DNA of 64,000 nucleotides from Raillietiella orientalis (lineage: Eukaryota). Position numbers and translations under genes: made by a program. Shown in pieces: positions 46,858 through 59,979 of the stretch (position 1 is the first letter of the stretch; the number at the start of each line of letters is the position of its first letter). The DNA lies in the NCBI GenBank assembly GCA_036172245.1, contig JAYWIR010000008.1, positions 4,836,001 through 4,900,000 on the forward strand. The letters run 5' to 3'. Below the pieces are notes generated by a model. It was not told the origin of the DNA and ran no database searches. It was given only the letters and a program-made list of their open reading frames with translations.

Positions 46858-49779
46858 GAGCCACGTGCGCCGCGAGGCACGCGACCGGCTCTGAGGTACT
46901 TAGCGAACCAAAAAAAGGAAGAAGGAAAAGAAGGAGTAGTGGGGAAACGGCGCAAAGAAAGGGAGGCTGGCCATTCTGCTCGGGAGGAAGAGGAAGAGGA
47001 AGGGAAGAGGAAGAAGGGAGGAGAAGCACGGTCTCTGGATGCGAGCGAGAAGGAGGGCCAGCCTTGAGAGGACGGAGGGCAAGAAAAGGTGAAGAAGGGT
47101 TAGAAATGCAGATTACTCTCCCTCAGAAGCCCGACTACTGCTGCCCTTGCCTGAGCTCCTCGGGCTGCCTGCCGGCCCCAATGCCTCTGCTGAATCCCCA
47201 GAGAGAGACTTCATCACCATCCTCACCATCATGCTTTCCTACACTGGTCCTACATTCATGGGGCCCCATCCAAAGGATCAGCACAGAAGAATACTTTGGG
47301 GAATAGGATGAAGAGCCTGCCGTCGTTCGCTCTCTTGCTTCCGGTATCGCATTAGCGGGGCGAGGAAGAGGAGGACGACGACGGCTGGCCCGTGGTGCCA
47401 AAGGAGACTCCACGAGGTTTTTCTGGGAGAGATTGGGTACGAAGTACCAAGGAGATGCAAAGGAGGGCCCTTATGAGCCTCAGACTCGCTCTCCATTGGC
47501 CGCTATGCTCGTGTTCTGCGCGAAAGTGCGCACGAACGCATTCTGCAGGGAGACCTACGCCATTTTCGGGACGACTACAGAGTGGGTACGGCCGGCCAGA
47601 GATCAAGGAATAGGACGTGAGGGGTGGAGGAGTAGGGAGGAGAAGACGGAGAGCAGCACGAACCGAAGACGTCGTGGAAGGATGGAAAGCAGGGTGGGTG
47701 ATTCAAGACTTCGAAGTAGGAGCGGGAGGAGAGACAAGACGACCTCAGCAGACGTCGAGTCCGAGGCGCTGTGGTTTTCCCTTCCATACTCCATCCCTAC
47801 TAGGGGAGGGGAAGGGGGACGGCAAAGTAACCCTCCTCCAATTCTTCTGGAAACCAAGATCCGTCATCATTGAGGCGCCTTCTTTGGCCCTCGGGTGGTG
47901 GCAGCATCTTCTGCCTCTGGGAGGAGAAAGATTCTGCGCCGCGCACGCGACGGACCACAGACCTTCGTCTCCGCGTCCCCGCGTAGGAGGCAGTGGTGGC
48001 TGTGGTTCTTTCGGATTTCCCTTCTGCTCTTCGCTGTCTTGCTTTTCTCATCCCACGACCCCCGCTAAGAGCTCAGGAGCCGTATCCCGAAGCTTCTCGG
48101 AGGCGTCATCTGCCGGATCGTTTAGCGCCGGGAAGGCGTCTCCTAGGCGCCGCTGCCTCTGGCGAGGTGGGCATCCGGGCTGCACACCCGTGACACCACG
48201 TGAACCGTGGTGACACGAGCATGTCGGAACCTTTTTGGGGGGGAAGAGGGGAGGGGTCTTTTGTCTTCCTTTTCTATCTGCTCCTTCGAAGCAGCAACAG
48301 CAGAGGCAGCGTGAATGACACTCGTCTCCCCTGCCGCCGTCGGCCTGCACCGGACGAAACCGAGCAGCAGGAATGTGTCTTTGCAGAGGCGGAGCAAAGC
48401 AGAGAGGGAGATGCCTAGCGTCTGTTGCCGGTGAGGATCGGCGGATGAGGGTAGAATGGAAAGGACAAGGGTCTCAAGGCCCCTGTCTGCGAGCTCTACC
48501 GGAAGTCGGGGTCAGCAGGCCGGAGAAATAAGCTCACAGCCTCAGGAGAGACAGAGGAGGGGAGAGAAGCACTACCTTCAGGACACGTTCCGCGGACGCC
48601 ACCGAAAGGCGAGAGAACCCCGGGAGCACGCGAATGGGTACCGTCAGCTGGCCCCTAGCAGCGGCGGCAGCTGCAGCTCTCCTAATGGATCCAATTTCCT
48701 CCTTAATGGACCTAATTTGCAATCAGCGGCAATCAGCAGAGGTCTTTTTATCGACCAATCAAAGTCCACGTTTTTCCCACGTGCCAAAAACGGAAGAGGG
48801 AAGAGTCGGCTAAAGAGAAAAAAAAGGATAAAGAAGACCTTTCGTCCCGCAAACGGCTCCTTCCTCCCTCTCTCCCGAACCTCCTCTCTGTGTCTGCCTG
48901 CTCCGTCCACGGTTCCCTCTAGAGATCGGAAATGGAAGCTTCCAGTGTGTCCTTCCTTCACCTCGCTTGCCTCTCTCCTTACCTTCGTCCTCTTACTTCC
49001 TTGCAGAGGCGGGAGGAGCGGGAGGGAACTCGGTCGGCTCTCGTGGCCAGAGGAAACAAGAGGACGGCGGCCGGTCAGCAGCAGCAATTTGCCCGCGACC
49101 GACGCAAGAGTGGAGGCTTCGCTCACGAAGCAACCGGAGACGGACGTGCATCCCAGTGCCCCTCTGCCCAAAAGTCGCACCCCGCTTGCCCCTTTCTCCC
49201 TCCCCCATCAAGGACCCTCCGGGACCAAATCGCTCTTGGACCGCATCGGACTGGAGGGAATGACGGCCCATCCTGCCAGCCTCCCCCCCGACACGGCAGG
49301 CTGCCGCCGCCCGCCCGCAGTGGCCGCCGACACGCCTCGCGACGCGCCTTCTCGCGCAAGGTGAATCGCGGGCCCGGGAAGACCGGTCCGGAGGCGACGG
49401 CGCACAGGCAGCGAAGCACGGTCAAGAATTTCGTAATTACGGGCAACGGAGCAATCGGAATCTGCCCCTGCTCGTCCTTTGACGAAACTCCCCGTTTCAC
49501 CGAGAACCGTGACGCAAGCGGAGGTCTTCGTCCTCGCCCCTTCCCCCCTTTTCCTCTTTTCCCTCGCTCTCTCACGAGCTCAGTGCGGCCCCGGAACCTT
49601 CTTCCGCCGTCCCTCAAAGGGAGAAAAGGAGGAGAAATTATAGCAGTGGCGCTGGAGAGCGGCGACAACACGCGCCTCCTACGAGCATTCGCGCTGCTCC
49701 TGTCGGTCCACCTGGAAGCGAACGAAGAGGGCAGTTCCTCCCTCGCTGCCACAATCCCCACCCCCTCCCTTCCTTGGGG

Positions 49780-50640
49780 GACGCAGCGGCAGCTTCAAGA
49801 GGCACTGAGCAGTCTCCGTCGGAGCAAGGCGCCCGGGATCAGGAAGAATCAGACCAACCGTTGGCGCCCCAAGCAGCTGGGCAGGCATCAGGAGATTGGC
49901 AGGGCAAAGTTCCCTCGAGGCCTCCGGTTAGAATCCGGGGACGAAAGGGATCTTCGGTTGCCAGAAGGCATTCCAAGGATGGCACATCCGCTTCGAGCTC
50001 CATTTCAGTGGTTAAGGGACCCCAGCGACAGATGGATCCACAGGAAGATACCTTTCGACCTTCTGCTGCCCTGCTCCAGCACGGGAGAGAGACTCTTGTT
50101 GCGGTTTTTCCTTCCTCCTAGAGTGAGAGCAGCTGCATCTGCAGATGCTGCCCGCCGAAGACAGGTGCCCAAAGGAGAATCTGCGACAGCCTTTCTAAAA
50201 ATCCCTTGAGCCCACAGAGCAGGAAAAGACCTGGTGATGATGGTGCTGGCGGCTACCAGGAAAAGGAGGAGGAGAAGACTACAAGCTCAGAGATCACGAT
50301 GCCCACGTCTACTCCTTCGGTGTTCAGCCGGAAGAGACCGTGCGATGGCGGCGGACGAAGAGGGAAAGTCGGACACATCTGGTAGCGGAGAGCCGACGCT
50401 TTCTTGTCTTCTGAAGGAAAAGTGGAAGTGATTTGGCTTCAGGGACGCTTCGAGACTCCTACTGAAGACCTCCTTCGCTCGCTACTTGACCTTTCTCAGC
50501 CTTACGTCTCACGGCGCATCGCGCGAGGACGAACCAACGACCGGCGGCGACAGCGCCAGGCATCCCAGAGCTCTCGCAGAGAAACAGGAAGCGGGGATCC
50601 CGACCGGGAAGAGGAGTGGGGGAACATGGGATCTTGGCGA
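49780..50640 (+). pseudogene. Decayed LINE reverse transcriptase (jockey/CR1-like)
   Basis: LQEALSSLRRSKAPG, DP...TFRPSAALL (~YRPISLL), GRFETPTEDLLRSL (~KAFDTVxHxxL) and EAGIPTG (~AGVPQG), in order across frames. Confidence 0.5.
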
Positions 50641-50869
50641 GATTCTCTGCCTCTTTCGCTGTCCTGCACTCATCCGGTTCGGACCGGAAGCTAAGCCTCC
50701 GGGGTCAGCCCGTCCCAGTTCCTGATTGCTCCACTCCTTCCTCCGTCCTTGTCCGCTTTGCTTTCCGGTCCAACGTTGACCGCTGAGGATTCCGCTTCCT
50801 CCCGGAGAAGAACGCATCCAAGCACATGAGAAAAAGGCGGTGGGAGAGGTCGAAAGGCTGTCGAGCTGG

Positions 50870-51200
50870 AGCTTTGGGAGAGGCGGGTGCATATCCGGTC
50901 CTCCTGGTCCAGATCTGCACCCTTTGCTGGAGGCAGTTCGGGACGACGTCGCACCGACTTTCTCTCGAACTTGCACCAGAAGGGTGCATTCGAGAGCCAA
51001 CGTGCCCTATCCAGAAAGCGCGCACCCACATCCGCTCATTCCTCATATGCCTTCGGCGTCTCCGTTCGGGTCGGGCGCTGCTGCATCAGGAATCAAGGGA
51101 GTGGCTCCCACCAGCGCGTCCTTGGCCGTGCCCGTCAGCCTGCAGTATGTGCCTCCGGGCCATCGAATCACTACCGGTGACCCAGCGGCCTCCATTGTTC
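50870..51200 (+). pseudogene. Second LINE RT N-terminal fragment
   Basis: PPGPDLHPLLEAVRDDVAPTF...VP (~PGPDGI...LAP) followed by PSNHYR (~PSNYRP). Confidence 0.4.
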
Positions 51201-54200
51201 ACCACCCCAAAGCAAATTGCCGGATGACTGCTGTCTCCCTCTCGTGCGAGTGCCTCTCCGCTTACGGGAAGGATAAGGAAGGAGAGTTCTTCACCGTGCC
51301 TTCTCCCCTCCTTCTTCTCTAGTGGTTTGCTGAGCTTGACAATGGGCGGAAGCAGCGGCGGCGAGCTTCACCCTCACTCCCTTCCTTTTTTTTCTCCGGT
51401 TTTTCAACGAATCCTTTTTTTTTTATTGGCGCCACTCGGAGCGGCTCCCGCGGCCTCGCAGCGGTGAGTCGGTCCAGCCGTCTCTGGAGCAGTAGCAACA
51501 GCTCTTCTTATTTTTAGCTGAACGCCGACCACGGCCAGGGTGAAATGTCTGGACTCAAAGGCTTGCATTCCTCGGAATCGCTCCAAGCAGCAGCAGCGCG
51601 ACGCCTGGGAAGTCTTCGGGAGCGACCTTTTCGATCTCTTCCTCTTTTGCTTGCAGCGGCGGCGGACGGCGTGCCACAGGGGTGCGCAGAGGTGGATCCT
51701 GGAGGGCGCCTCATCTCGGCGAAGGGGCACTGTCTTTTGCAAGGCACTCCTCGAAAAGAGGAAGGCCGGACGATGCCAGCCATCTCCGCGGATGGGACGT
51801 CCTCCCATCCGAGGAGACACTTCCTGACTCATCCGGATTTTCTTTGTCCTGACGTTCAGGGTGGAGAAGATCCCGAGTCTCAGATCGCAGATGGTCTTAA
51901 GGGCATCCCGTCAGTACCATTGCTGGGACGGGTTGTCCCCGCAGGATAACGAAGGGCAGGGTGGAAGGATCGAGGGTCAAACCGCCCACGGAGATCTGAG
52001 GTGAGCGCCAAAGCAGGAGCAACAGCCCGCTCGGCGCTGAACCAGTGGCGATCGAGTGACCATCTACCTTCAGCAGCAGCTGCGTTCTTCTTCCCTTCTT
52101 CGCCGTCCTTAGGCACACGAGAAACCCCACTTCCCTCCCCTTCCCCTTCTTTCCTCCCCTTTCCGAGTGCCGTCTCCAGGTCACACGAGGGGGAGGACCA
52201 ATCTCTCATCAACAGCTGCCGTCATCTCTGCGCGATTGCACTTTTGCAAGAGGAACAGTCACGAGCGTGCTCATTGGAGCGAGAGGACAGCCCACCTCTG
52301 TCGAGCGCGGTGCATACGCTCGCACGGACGCCCCGACCGACCGACAGCACGCTCAGGACACGCATGACGGAAAGTGCACTCTGCCCCGCGTGCTTCCCGC
52401 GTTCCCAGGGAGCGCGGGAGAGGAAACAGCCGCCCGTCGGGGCTTCCCGGCGACGGGCAGCGCGGCAGCTCCGGCCGCCGCCACTCACGCAAACGCCGAG
52501 CAGGTCTCGGAAGGGCGAGCAGGGATCCACCTCCCGACGGAGATCGTAGGTTTGCGCGCGTCTTCGCTCGTGCGCGCAAGGCAGGGAAGCGAACCTTCGC
52601 TGGAGCACTCGGCAACGGCTCACCTTGCGCGCCAGCACCTCTAGGATGTTGTCAGAAGTGCTCGAGAGCTCGCCTTCCGAAGAGCGCTCAAATGAGTGCC
52701 GTCGGCTCGGGGAACGCGTGCCCGTGGGGCTCAAGCCGCCTTGATCGCAATCTGTCACGGACCGGGAGAACTTGAGAAGGACCACGAGAGCACGAGGCGC
52801 AGGTGAGAGACTTCTTCAAAAAAGGGAAAGAAGAAAAGTGGGAGATGGAAGGGATTTGAAGGGTAGAAACCGCACACCCACGCCCGCTAGAGGTGACGGC
52901 AGCAGCCGCGTATCGCCTTGGGCGTCCTGGACCTTTCTTAGGTTCTTGTCCTAAGAGGTCCAGTTTCTGAGGTCCTTGTGTCCATCCTCCCCACTGGAAG
53001 AGCAGAATTTCCGCATAAGTGGGAAGAGGAGGAGAAGGAAGAGGAGCGAACGAGGGAGCGAAGAATCCCCTGCGCCATCGGATCGCGGGGCTACCGGGCC
53101 CGCCGCATGGAGCAGCGGACTCAGTTAGGAGGAAGGCACGGCCAGCCCACGAAACCACTCCGTAGGCAACACCGCGCCCAAGACCCACGCAAAGGTGGGG
53201 TGGACTTTCTTGGGGGTTTCCAGGGAAAACGGCGAGGTCTCGCGACTTTCTGATCGATGTCCCCGTCTTCGGAGATATCAACAGATCGCCATCTTGCTGG
53301 TGGCTCTCTGGAGTCTCCTTCGAAGTGACCGCAGTGAGCGGAGTCCTTTCGTTCGTGCTCCTGAAACGATGCAGAAGCTGCAGCAGGGATTGAACGCACC
53401 TCAGGGGCATTCCAATGGTCCCACAATTCTCCCCAGGATCTCTCTGTCCAGGCGGACGTTCGTCTCTTCAGACTTGCCGCCTACTTCTGAGAGCAGTAGT
53501 GACCTCCGAGATGGGAGGTGGCTGGTTGCCTCAGGAAATCGTTTGCTACCGCCACCGTCCTCATGGAGTCCAAACTGGCGAGTGGAGCGAGAGAAGGCCT
53601 CAGGACAATTGCGGACGAACCGAGAGACTCGGTCAGTGAAAAGACCCTATTCTGCCGTCCCTTCCAGAAGCAGGCCCTCGGGAAATCATCGCGATCATTA
53701 GGATAGCGGGGCCAGCCTGCCCCAGCCCCTGTTCACTCGTTATCCTTCTCTTCCCACCCTGTACTTCTACCCTAGTTCCGTCCCCAGTGAGGTCTGGGTC
53801 TTTCGCTTCAGTTTGGAAAACGTGGGGGACCCTTTCCTCCTGTAGGAATTTTATTCAAAGCAAATGGCCCGCCGATCCGGGGAGAGAAGGCCGGAAGCGC
53901 ACCGCGTCTCAAAGACCGGAAAGGAAACTCGCTGCGCCTGGCAACGACGAGGGTTGGGCCGAACATATCCTTCTGGGAGATGCGAGTGGGAAGGGCTAAC
54001 AGGATTTCCCCGAGCCCCCGCACAGTGATCCGGGCAACCGCCTGCCTGTCGGCAGGGACTGGTGGCATCGGGAAGGCCAGGAGCTACTTCGAGCGCCCAT
54101 TGACGCGTGCGCAGGTGCAAGCAGCACGCCCGGAGGGGCGCGACCTCGATCCCATTAATGATGCTGCCATGTCATCGGATGACCTTTGATCCGCACCATC

Positions 54201-54829
54201 GGGCTCTGCTTGGAAGGATTCCGTTCCGATCAAGCGTCGGAGCCAGTGATGCAGAAACGGTTGCCATGAATGCAGGTCGTTGCATCAAAGCTTCTTCTTT
54301 CTTCGTGCGATTGCGAGCACGCGCGAAACGGAGCAGGCAAAAGGGGGGGGAGAGGGAGAGGGGGTTCTGTGCCCTACGGCATGCCAGTGAGTCACGGCGT
54401 GAGTGAGGCGATTCAGCTCTCAGTGCACACAGCCCTCCTTGAAGTCGGACGTTACCGGCGCCGTCTCATCTGTAGCAAGGGAGGTTTCATTTCCTCGCTC
54501 TGTCTCCCTTCCCGTGTCAGAGGTGGTTCCTGTGCACCGCCGAATTTTGGAGACCAGGATAGGGGCGAGCAAGGAAGGACGGGTCCAGGTGCCAGCTGTC
54601 TCGGGAGCCCGGAGGATGATGCTGGACTGACTGCTGAGACTGAGGGAGTCACTTCGATCCTGCTTATCCCTCCGGCGGATACGGCTGGATGCACCCGACA
54701 ATCGATGTCTGACCCTCCCCCTTCCTATTCTGGGAGTGAGATATCAAAAAAGAAAAAAGCGAAAGGAAGGAAAGAAGATGAGAGGGAGGGGGGTTACGAC
54801 ATTCGCAGCTGACTTTTCTGCTGCTCTCA

Positions 54830-55780
54830 CGACCTCTTCAAGATGACTTGATCTCCTGGAGACAGAGTGAGGTGAGTCACACATTCCTTTTCTCCACGTA
54901 GACCTCCACCACCCTGGTTGTTGCAGCGACCTCCATGGTTCCTATGACGACCAGCATCTTGCGACTGTGGCAGCCACCCACCTACCAGTTCGTTGCCGAC
55001 GTCAACCGGGTACCTTCCCATCAATTCACGTTTCATCGAATGGACCTTCAACTCTAAAGGCTTTCCTCCTCACATGCTCTTCCTAGCTGCTGCCTAAGGG
55101 GAAACCCCCTCGAAGACCAGCTGCCGGGAGGCACTGGTCATTCTCGGTCTTGAAGCGATCGATTCCGTTGGAGAAAGATCAGTGACCTCGTTCCGGGAGT
55201 TATTTCCTTGGACCCCCAAGAAAGCATTTCGGAAGGGAAGGGGAGAAGAGCGCGCGCACCTCTCACTTCCTGCCTTCATCCCGGCTCGAGAAGAAGGCAA
55301 GTAGGACCCTGCTTACTCTGGTCCCGTGGAAATTGTCCACCAACCGGTGTGCGCCCCCACCAGCATCCTCCTCGATACGGCAAGAGGTGGGGTTTTCCTT
55401 TTTCCTCTTGCGGTTTGATGCTCCCTAGAGTTTCATCTGGGGGACGCTGCATCCGTAACGTGGTTAAGATGGGAACCTCTCATTGTTCAAAGTCCACGAA
55501 ATGAAAAAAAAACACGCAAGAGAGACATAAAGAAAAAAAAGGGGCCAAATGCTGAATTCTGGTCGCCACACCCTTCAGAGGGAGGCGTTCATCCTTACCG
55601 CTTCGGGTGCTTGACTTTCCGTCCTCTAGGCACACCATAGTCGGTAGTTTCAATTTCGATCACAGCGTGACAGCTGCCTTTCGAGTGGCAGTCGGGGATC
55701 CAAGGTTGCCGTTGGATCTTCTTAACGCAGGTATACCAAGCCTGAACGAACATCCACAGCAGCTGAAGGAGAAGGTGTGG
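54830..55780 (-). pseudogene. Possible decayed gypsy integrase
   Basis: LGI...RQPWIP (~GHxGI...RxxVWxP), RELMGR (~AELLMGR), LSPGDQVILKR (~LxPGDxV). Confidence 0.3.
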
Positions 55781-56453
55781 TGTGGTGTGGGACGAGGGGG
55801 ACACACTGGTAGGAGTGAACGGACGAGGACATCACCGAGGAAACAGGAAAGAAGAAGAAGCGAATCAGCAAGCCCGTCGCACTCAAATGCAGCCGGAGGG
55901 TGCTGCTGTCCCAAATGAGAAGGTGGTGCAGATGTAACCGCGCGAGCAGGAAACATGCCGGCTGGCGAGTCACGGAGCTGCAGTGCCGACGGTGCGGCCA
56001 GAAGAAATCCTGCGCCTCCTCGGCGCACGTAGGACCTGCTCAGTACAACCTCCCTCTCCCCCACCCCTCGAAGGGACCCGTGATCCCTCCGTGTCTGGAC
56101 TCTTCGGCGTTCCCGCCGAAGCACAGTGTTTCCTCGCAACCAGCGGGCGACTTACTCGTTGAAATCTCAAGGGGCTTTCCCAGAGAAGCGCGTCAGCCCG
56201 ATTCCCGAGCAAGAAAAGCGCCAACCTTTTTGCGCAGAAGTGCCCAAGGCAAAAAGCACGTGCCAAATAGCCCTGCTCCTGTTGGTGGGCAGGTGTGCAA
56301 GGCTCACGCTCTGGGAATGCTTTCTACCAGGGCGGACAGGGTCTCCTAGGAGGAGCCGTCTGACACGTTAACGAGATCAAAAAGACTTTCTCTGTGACTG
56401 TTTTGGAAAATTTCGAACTGCGTGCGGTCCGAATGAACGATCCCACATCTTGC

Positions 56454-57200
56454 GACCCGCTTTAGCGGCCGCGTGGCTGAGGCCTCGGAGTTTGGTACCA
56501 AGCGCTGCCGGTTCGAATCCCACTAGGGGAAACCCGCGCCGAAAATAGAGGGCGCGTCGTGGGTTTCGAGTCCCCCACCGCTGGTTGGCCCACGGGCTTA
56601 AGGTACGGCACTCGCGAAAACCGGATACCCCCGTTCAGTGTTCTGGAATAAAAATCGACCTCCGGAGTGCCTTGAAAACACTGGTTCCCTCTGGGGTCCC
56701 TCTCCAGTTGTGAAAATGTGCACATGGACCCTTTATCTCGAGCCATGGATCTGCTTGCCTCTCCAGAGTGTGAAGAAGCACGCAATCCCTTGAAAGAAAT
56801 TGGAAAGCTTCCCTTCGGGGTTCTCTTCAGGGGAGGAGGAAATAGGGAGCGGATCCTTTCCAAAGGGTCCCTTTGGAAAACAAATTCCAAGAGCGGATCC
56901 TTCCCGGGTTCTCTTCGGAGGAGACACAGTAGAGAGGTGCCCTCCGGGAGTTCCCTCTGGAGGGAATAAGTAAGAGGTTCCCTTCGGAGATAACCAAGGT
57001 GAGGATGTGATCCCTTCAGGGTTCCCTAACAAACGTAAGAGGAGCGGACTTCTTTCTCCGGAGCCTTTCTGGGATTACTCCCCTAACCTTGAAGAGTTGA
57101 CATGCACCCTAGGGTGGGGAGGACAGCAGCAAAGAGCTTTGTAAGCCCCCCCCCTAAGGGAATGAACGGTTCTTTAGCGCTCCTTAGCAAGCAAAAAAAG
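56454..57200 (+). mobile_element. tRNA-derived SINE-like element, copy D
   Basis: GGTTCGAATCCCAC (56510-), second GGGTTTCGAGTCC (56561-56573), shared body, ends AGCGCTCCTT + A-rich tail. Confidence 0.78.
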
Positions 57201-57202
57201 GA

Positions 57203-57450
57203 GCTGGTGGGAGCGCACACCGGTTTGTGGACAGTTTCTCGATTGGAAAAAAATGCACGACTGGTGCAGGAGCCGCGCAGGTTAGGGAGGGAAGGATAGG
57301 GGAGGGTTGGAGGTCGGGTCTCCAATCCTGGTCCAAAGTTCGGCGCAACCTGTGAGACGTGGGTAGTTCCCAAGACAATCCTAACATAGCGTGAGAGGAA
57401 GCACAGCGGGGGAGCGGGGTGGGTGGGTGTACAAACTGGCAAAGTTACAT
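57203..57450 (+). repeat. ~248 bp dispersed repeat, copy 1 (partner 59733-59979)
   Basis: Direct repeat with about 9 differences by eye. Confidence 0.9.
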
Positions 57451-57899
57451 CCTGTCATCTGTGCCCCCTGAGATGAGATCTTCGAACGAGACCGAAGTGA
57501 TCCCTCAGCATCTGCAGAAAAGCAGAAGGAAGAAAAAAAAAGATCCCTGTGTTTCCGGCACGGGTGGCAGTATCAGAGCGTAACTGCCTGCAGAGATCTT
57601 CCCCCTTTCTGCTTTCCGCGCCAAGAGATATCATCACGAGTGTACAGTGGATTGGCCGACCTTCGGCTACATTTCCTCGAATTACACGTTCGGGCATCTC
57701 TCTCTCGTTCTCTGCGTTCCTTCAAGTCATGTGACGACTTCCGCAGCGGTTTTCCTGCCACCCAGATCGTTCCAGATGGTGGTACGGGGTGAGCTACTTA
57801 AAATCAGGCCGAAAGGAAGTACCACAGTGGTTTCTCGCATCTTTCTCTTTCTCTCTCTCTGCCTCATGCACCGTGCCCTGCTTTCGCAGTCGTCAAGTT

Positions 57900-58600
57900 G
57901 ATCTCTGGGAGGGGCAGGTTTTACGTGGAAAATCCTGCTACTTGCAACCAGTCCTGGTGGCCCAAAACAGGAGGTTCGATTCAACCGGGCGTTCAGGATC
58001 TTAATGCAGATGGAAATCGGAGACTCCTCCTTCTTGGCAAGCGACAAGACATCTTGGCAAGCTGAGGATACCGTGGCATGATGCCTGCGAGGCATATCAC
58101 GTGGGCGTCCAGGTACGGCGGCACGATGCCCGTGAGGCATGTTTACGTACTGCAAACGGCAAAAATGAGCGCGGTATCTTGTTCTTCACCTCCAAGATGC
58201 AGCTCTATATCCAGGTGCACCCCGTTCGTTGTGAAACCAAGGGAGAGCGAAGTCTCCATCAAAAAGAGAGGGGAGGTTTTAGGGGTTTTCCGCCTTTGCT
58301 GCTTGTGAACGACATGACATCCCGAGCTCATTTGTCCCTCCGGCTAGGCTTCAGTTCATGGAAAACGCCCTTGGTACTTTCTGAATCTGACATGTTAGCA
58401 TCAGTTATCATCTTGGAACCTCTTTTGAGGAATGATTGTGAGCCGATGCCATCTGACGAAAAGGAGGGACCGTGAACAACTGAACAAAGAACTGGACAAT
58501 CTGATCCCAATACCCCTTTCGGCGGCGATGTCTGCCCTAAAGAAAAGCAACAGGCAGCTGCTTCCTACCTGCGAGGCGGGAACTCTTTTGCACTGTTGCA
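57900..58600 (+). pseudogene. Possible decayed PIF1-like (Helitron) helicase
   Basis: RGKS (Walker A-like), RAHLSLRL (~RTAHSRF), VIIL, NTPFGG and RQLLP in the order of PIF1 motifs (PFGG...GDFRQLLP). Confidence 0.4.
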
Positions 58601-59713
58601 GGAACCGCGAAACCCCTGGGCGACTGGAAGACGCGCGAACTGGTGGACGCCGCCGCCACTGCTCGTGTCCTCCTTGTTGAAGGGACCGCTTCGACGGTGC
58701 CCACTCTTGAATATACCCCTCGAAGAACTTGCAGCCCCCCTTTTGCTCTAGGACACTTAGGTGTTCCCAATTGGTAGCAACAGGACGTGCTCCCGTTCCC
58801 GCACTGGGGTTTCCGGTGTGTCAGCGAAGGAGAGTTCCGGGAAAGCTGCATCCCTAATCCGTACGGGGCTGGGATGTGGGACCGGTGCACCCTTCACGAA
58901 GTGCGGAGGAGGCTCTGTCTTTAGCGCTCCTGCACTCTGAGGACCCACCTCTGCGGACCTGCTGCGGGGATTTTTCGCGCGCAGAGGACTCTCGGCATAC
59001 GCGGTGATCGCGACGAGATGTTGCACCCGCGCCACCGTCATGGCAGCCTTCATTAAGGAAGAAAAGTCGGCGATCGCCGAGTCTGGGACGAAGGAACGGT
59101 CGGAGCCAACGACCCTTCTCTTCATCCACCCTTTCTCTTTATCTAGATATCGTCCCCAACCCTTTCCGGACTTTTAAAGCTTCCGCCCTGCTTGTCGGCG
59201 GACCCTCCCTTGAACTTCCTTTCGTTCCCGACTTGTTTGTTCATCTTCCTTCTCGAATAAAAGCCCTGGCGCCATCGGGTGAAAACAAATAACCTTGGCG
59301 GACTCGCAGCTCGTATGAGGAAGAACGTTGGCGCCCATGCTGCACGAGCAGCTCTGTCAATCCTTTCTTTCGAGCAAACCAAGGAGGTCTTTCACTTCCT
59401 TCTCCCTCCCTTTCGCCTTTTTCTCCTCGCTTGTCCTGCCTCTCCTTTCGGAACATGCCGGTGCACTCAGTGCCTGGGAGCACCGTGTGCGTCCCTTCGC
59501 AAAAATTTGCCCTTCAGTCTGGAGGGAACCATCCAGAGGCCTTAGACGGAAGACCTCCCGCAGAGGAAGCGGTAGAAGCCGCCGGCTGCCAAAAACGGAG
59601 GTCTGTCGGAGCGTCGGAACATCCGCTGGTGGCGCGTCTCTTTATGCGCCATTCGATGGCTTGCAAACTGGTGTCAAGAGATCCTCTGCATCTTCGAGGA
59701 CGCAGGAATTTCA

Positions 59714-59979
59714 TTGCCGTATCGGGGAGGATGCTGGTGGGAGCGCACACCGGTTTGTGGACAGTTTCTCGATTGGAAAAAATGCACGACTGGTGCAGGA
59801 GCCGCGCAGGCTAGGGAGGGAAGGATAGGGGAGGGTTGGAGGTCGGGTCTCCAATCCTGGTCCAAAGTTCGGCGCAACCCGTGTGGCATGGGAAGTTCCC
59901 AAGACAATCCTAACATAGCATGAGAGGAAGCACAGCGGGGAAGCGGGGTGGGTGGGTGTACAAACTGGCAAAGTTACAT
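59714..59979 (+). repeat. Dispersed repeat, copy 2; its first ~55 bp also occur inverted at 55329-55383
   Basis: TTGCCGTATCGGGGAGGATGCTGGTGGGAGCGCACACCGG matches the reverse complement of 55329-55383; probably a non-autonomous DNA transposon end. Confidence 0.85.

Noticed and set aside
56454..56530. Possible tRNA genes at the GGTTCGAATCC motifs
   Set aside because: No complete cloverleaf, and each is attached to the same long downstream body, so these are SINE heads.
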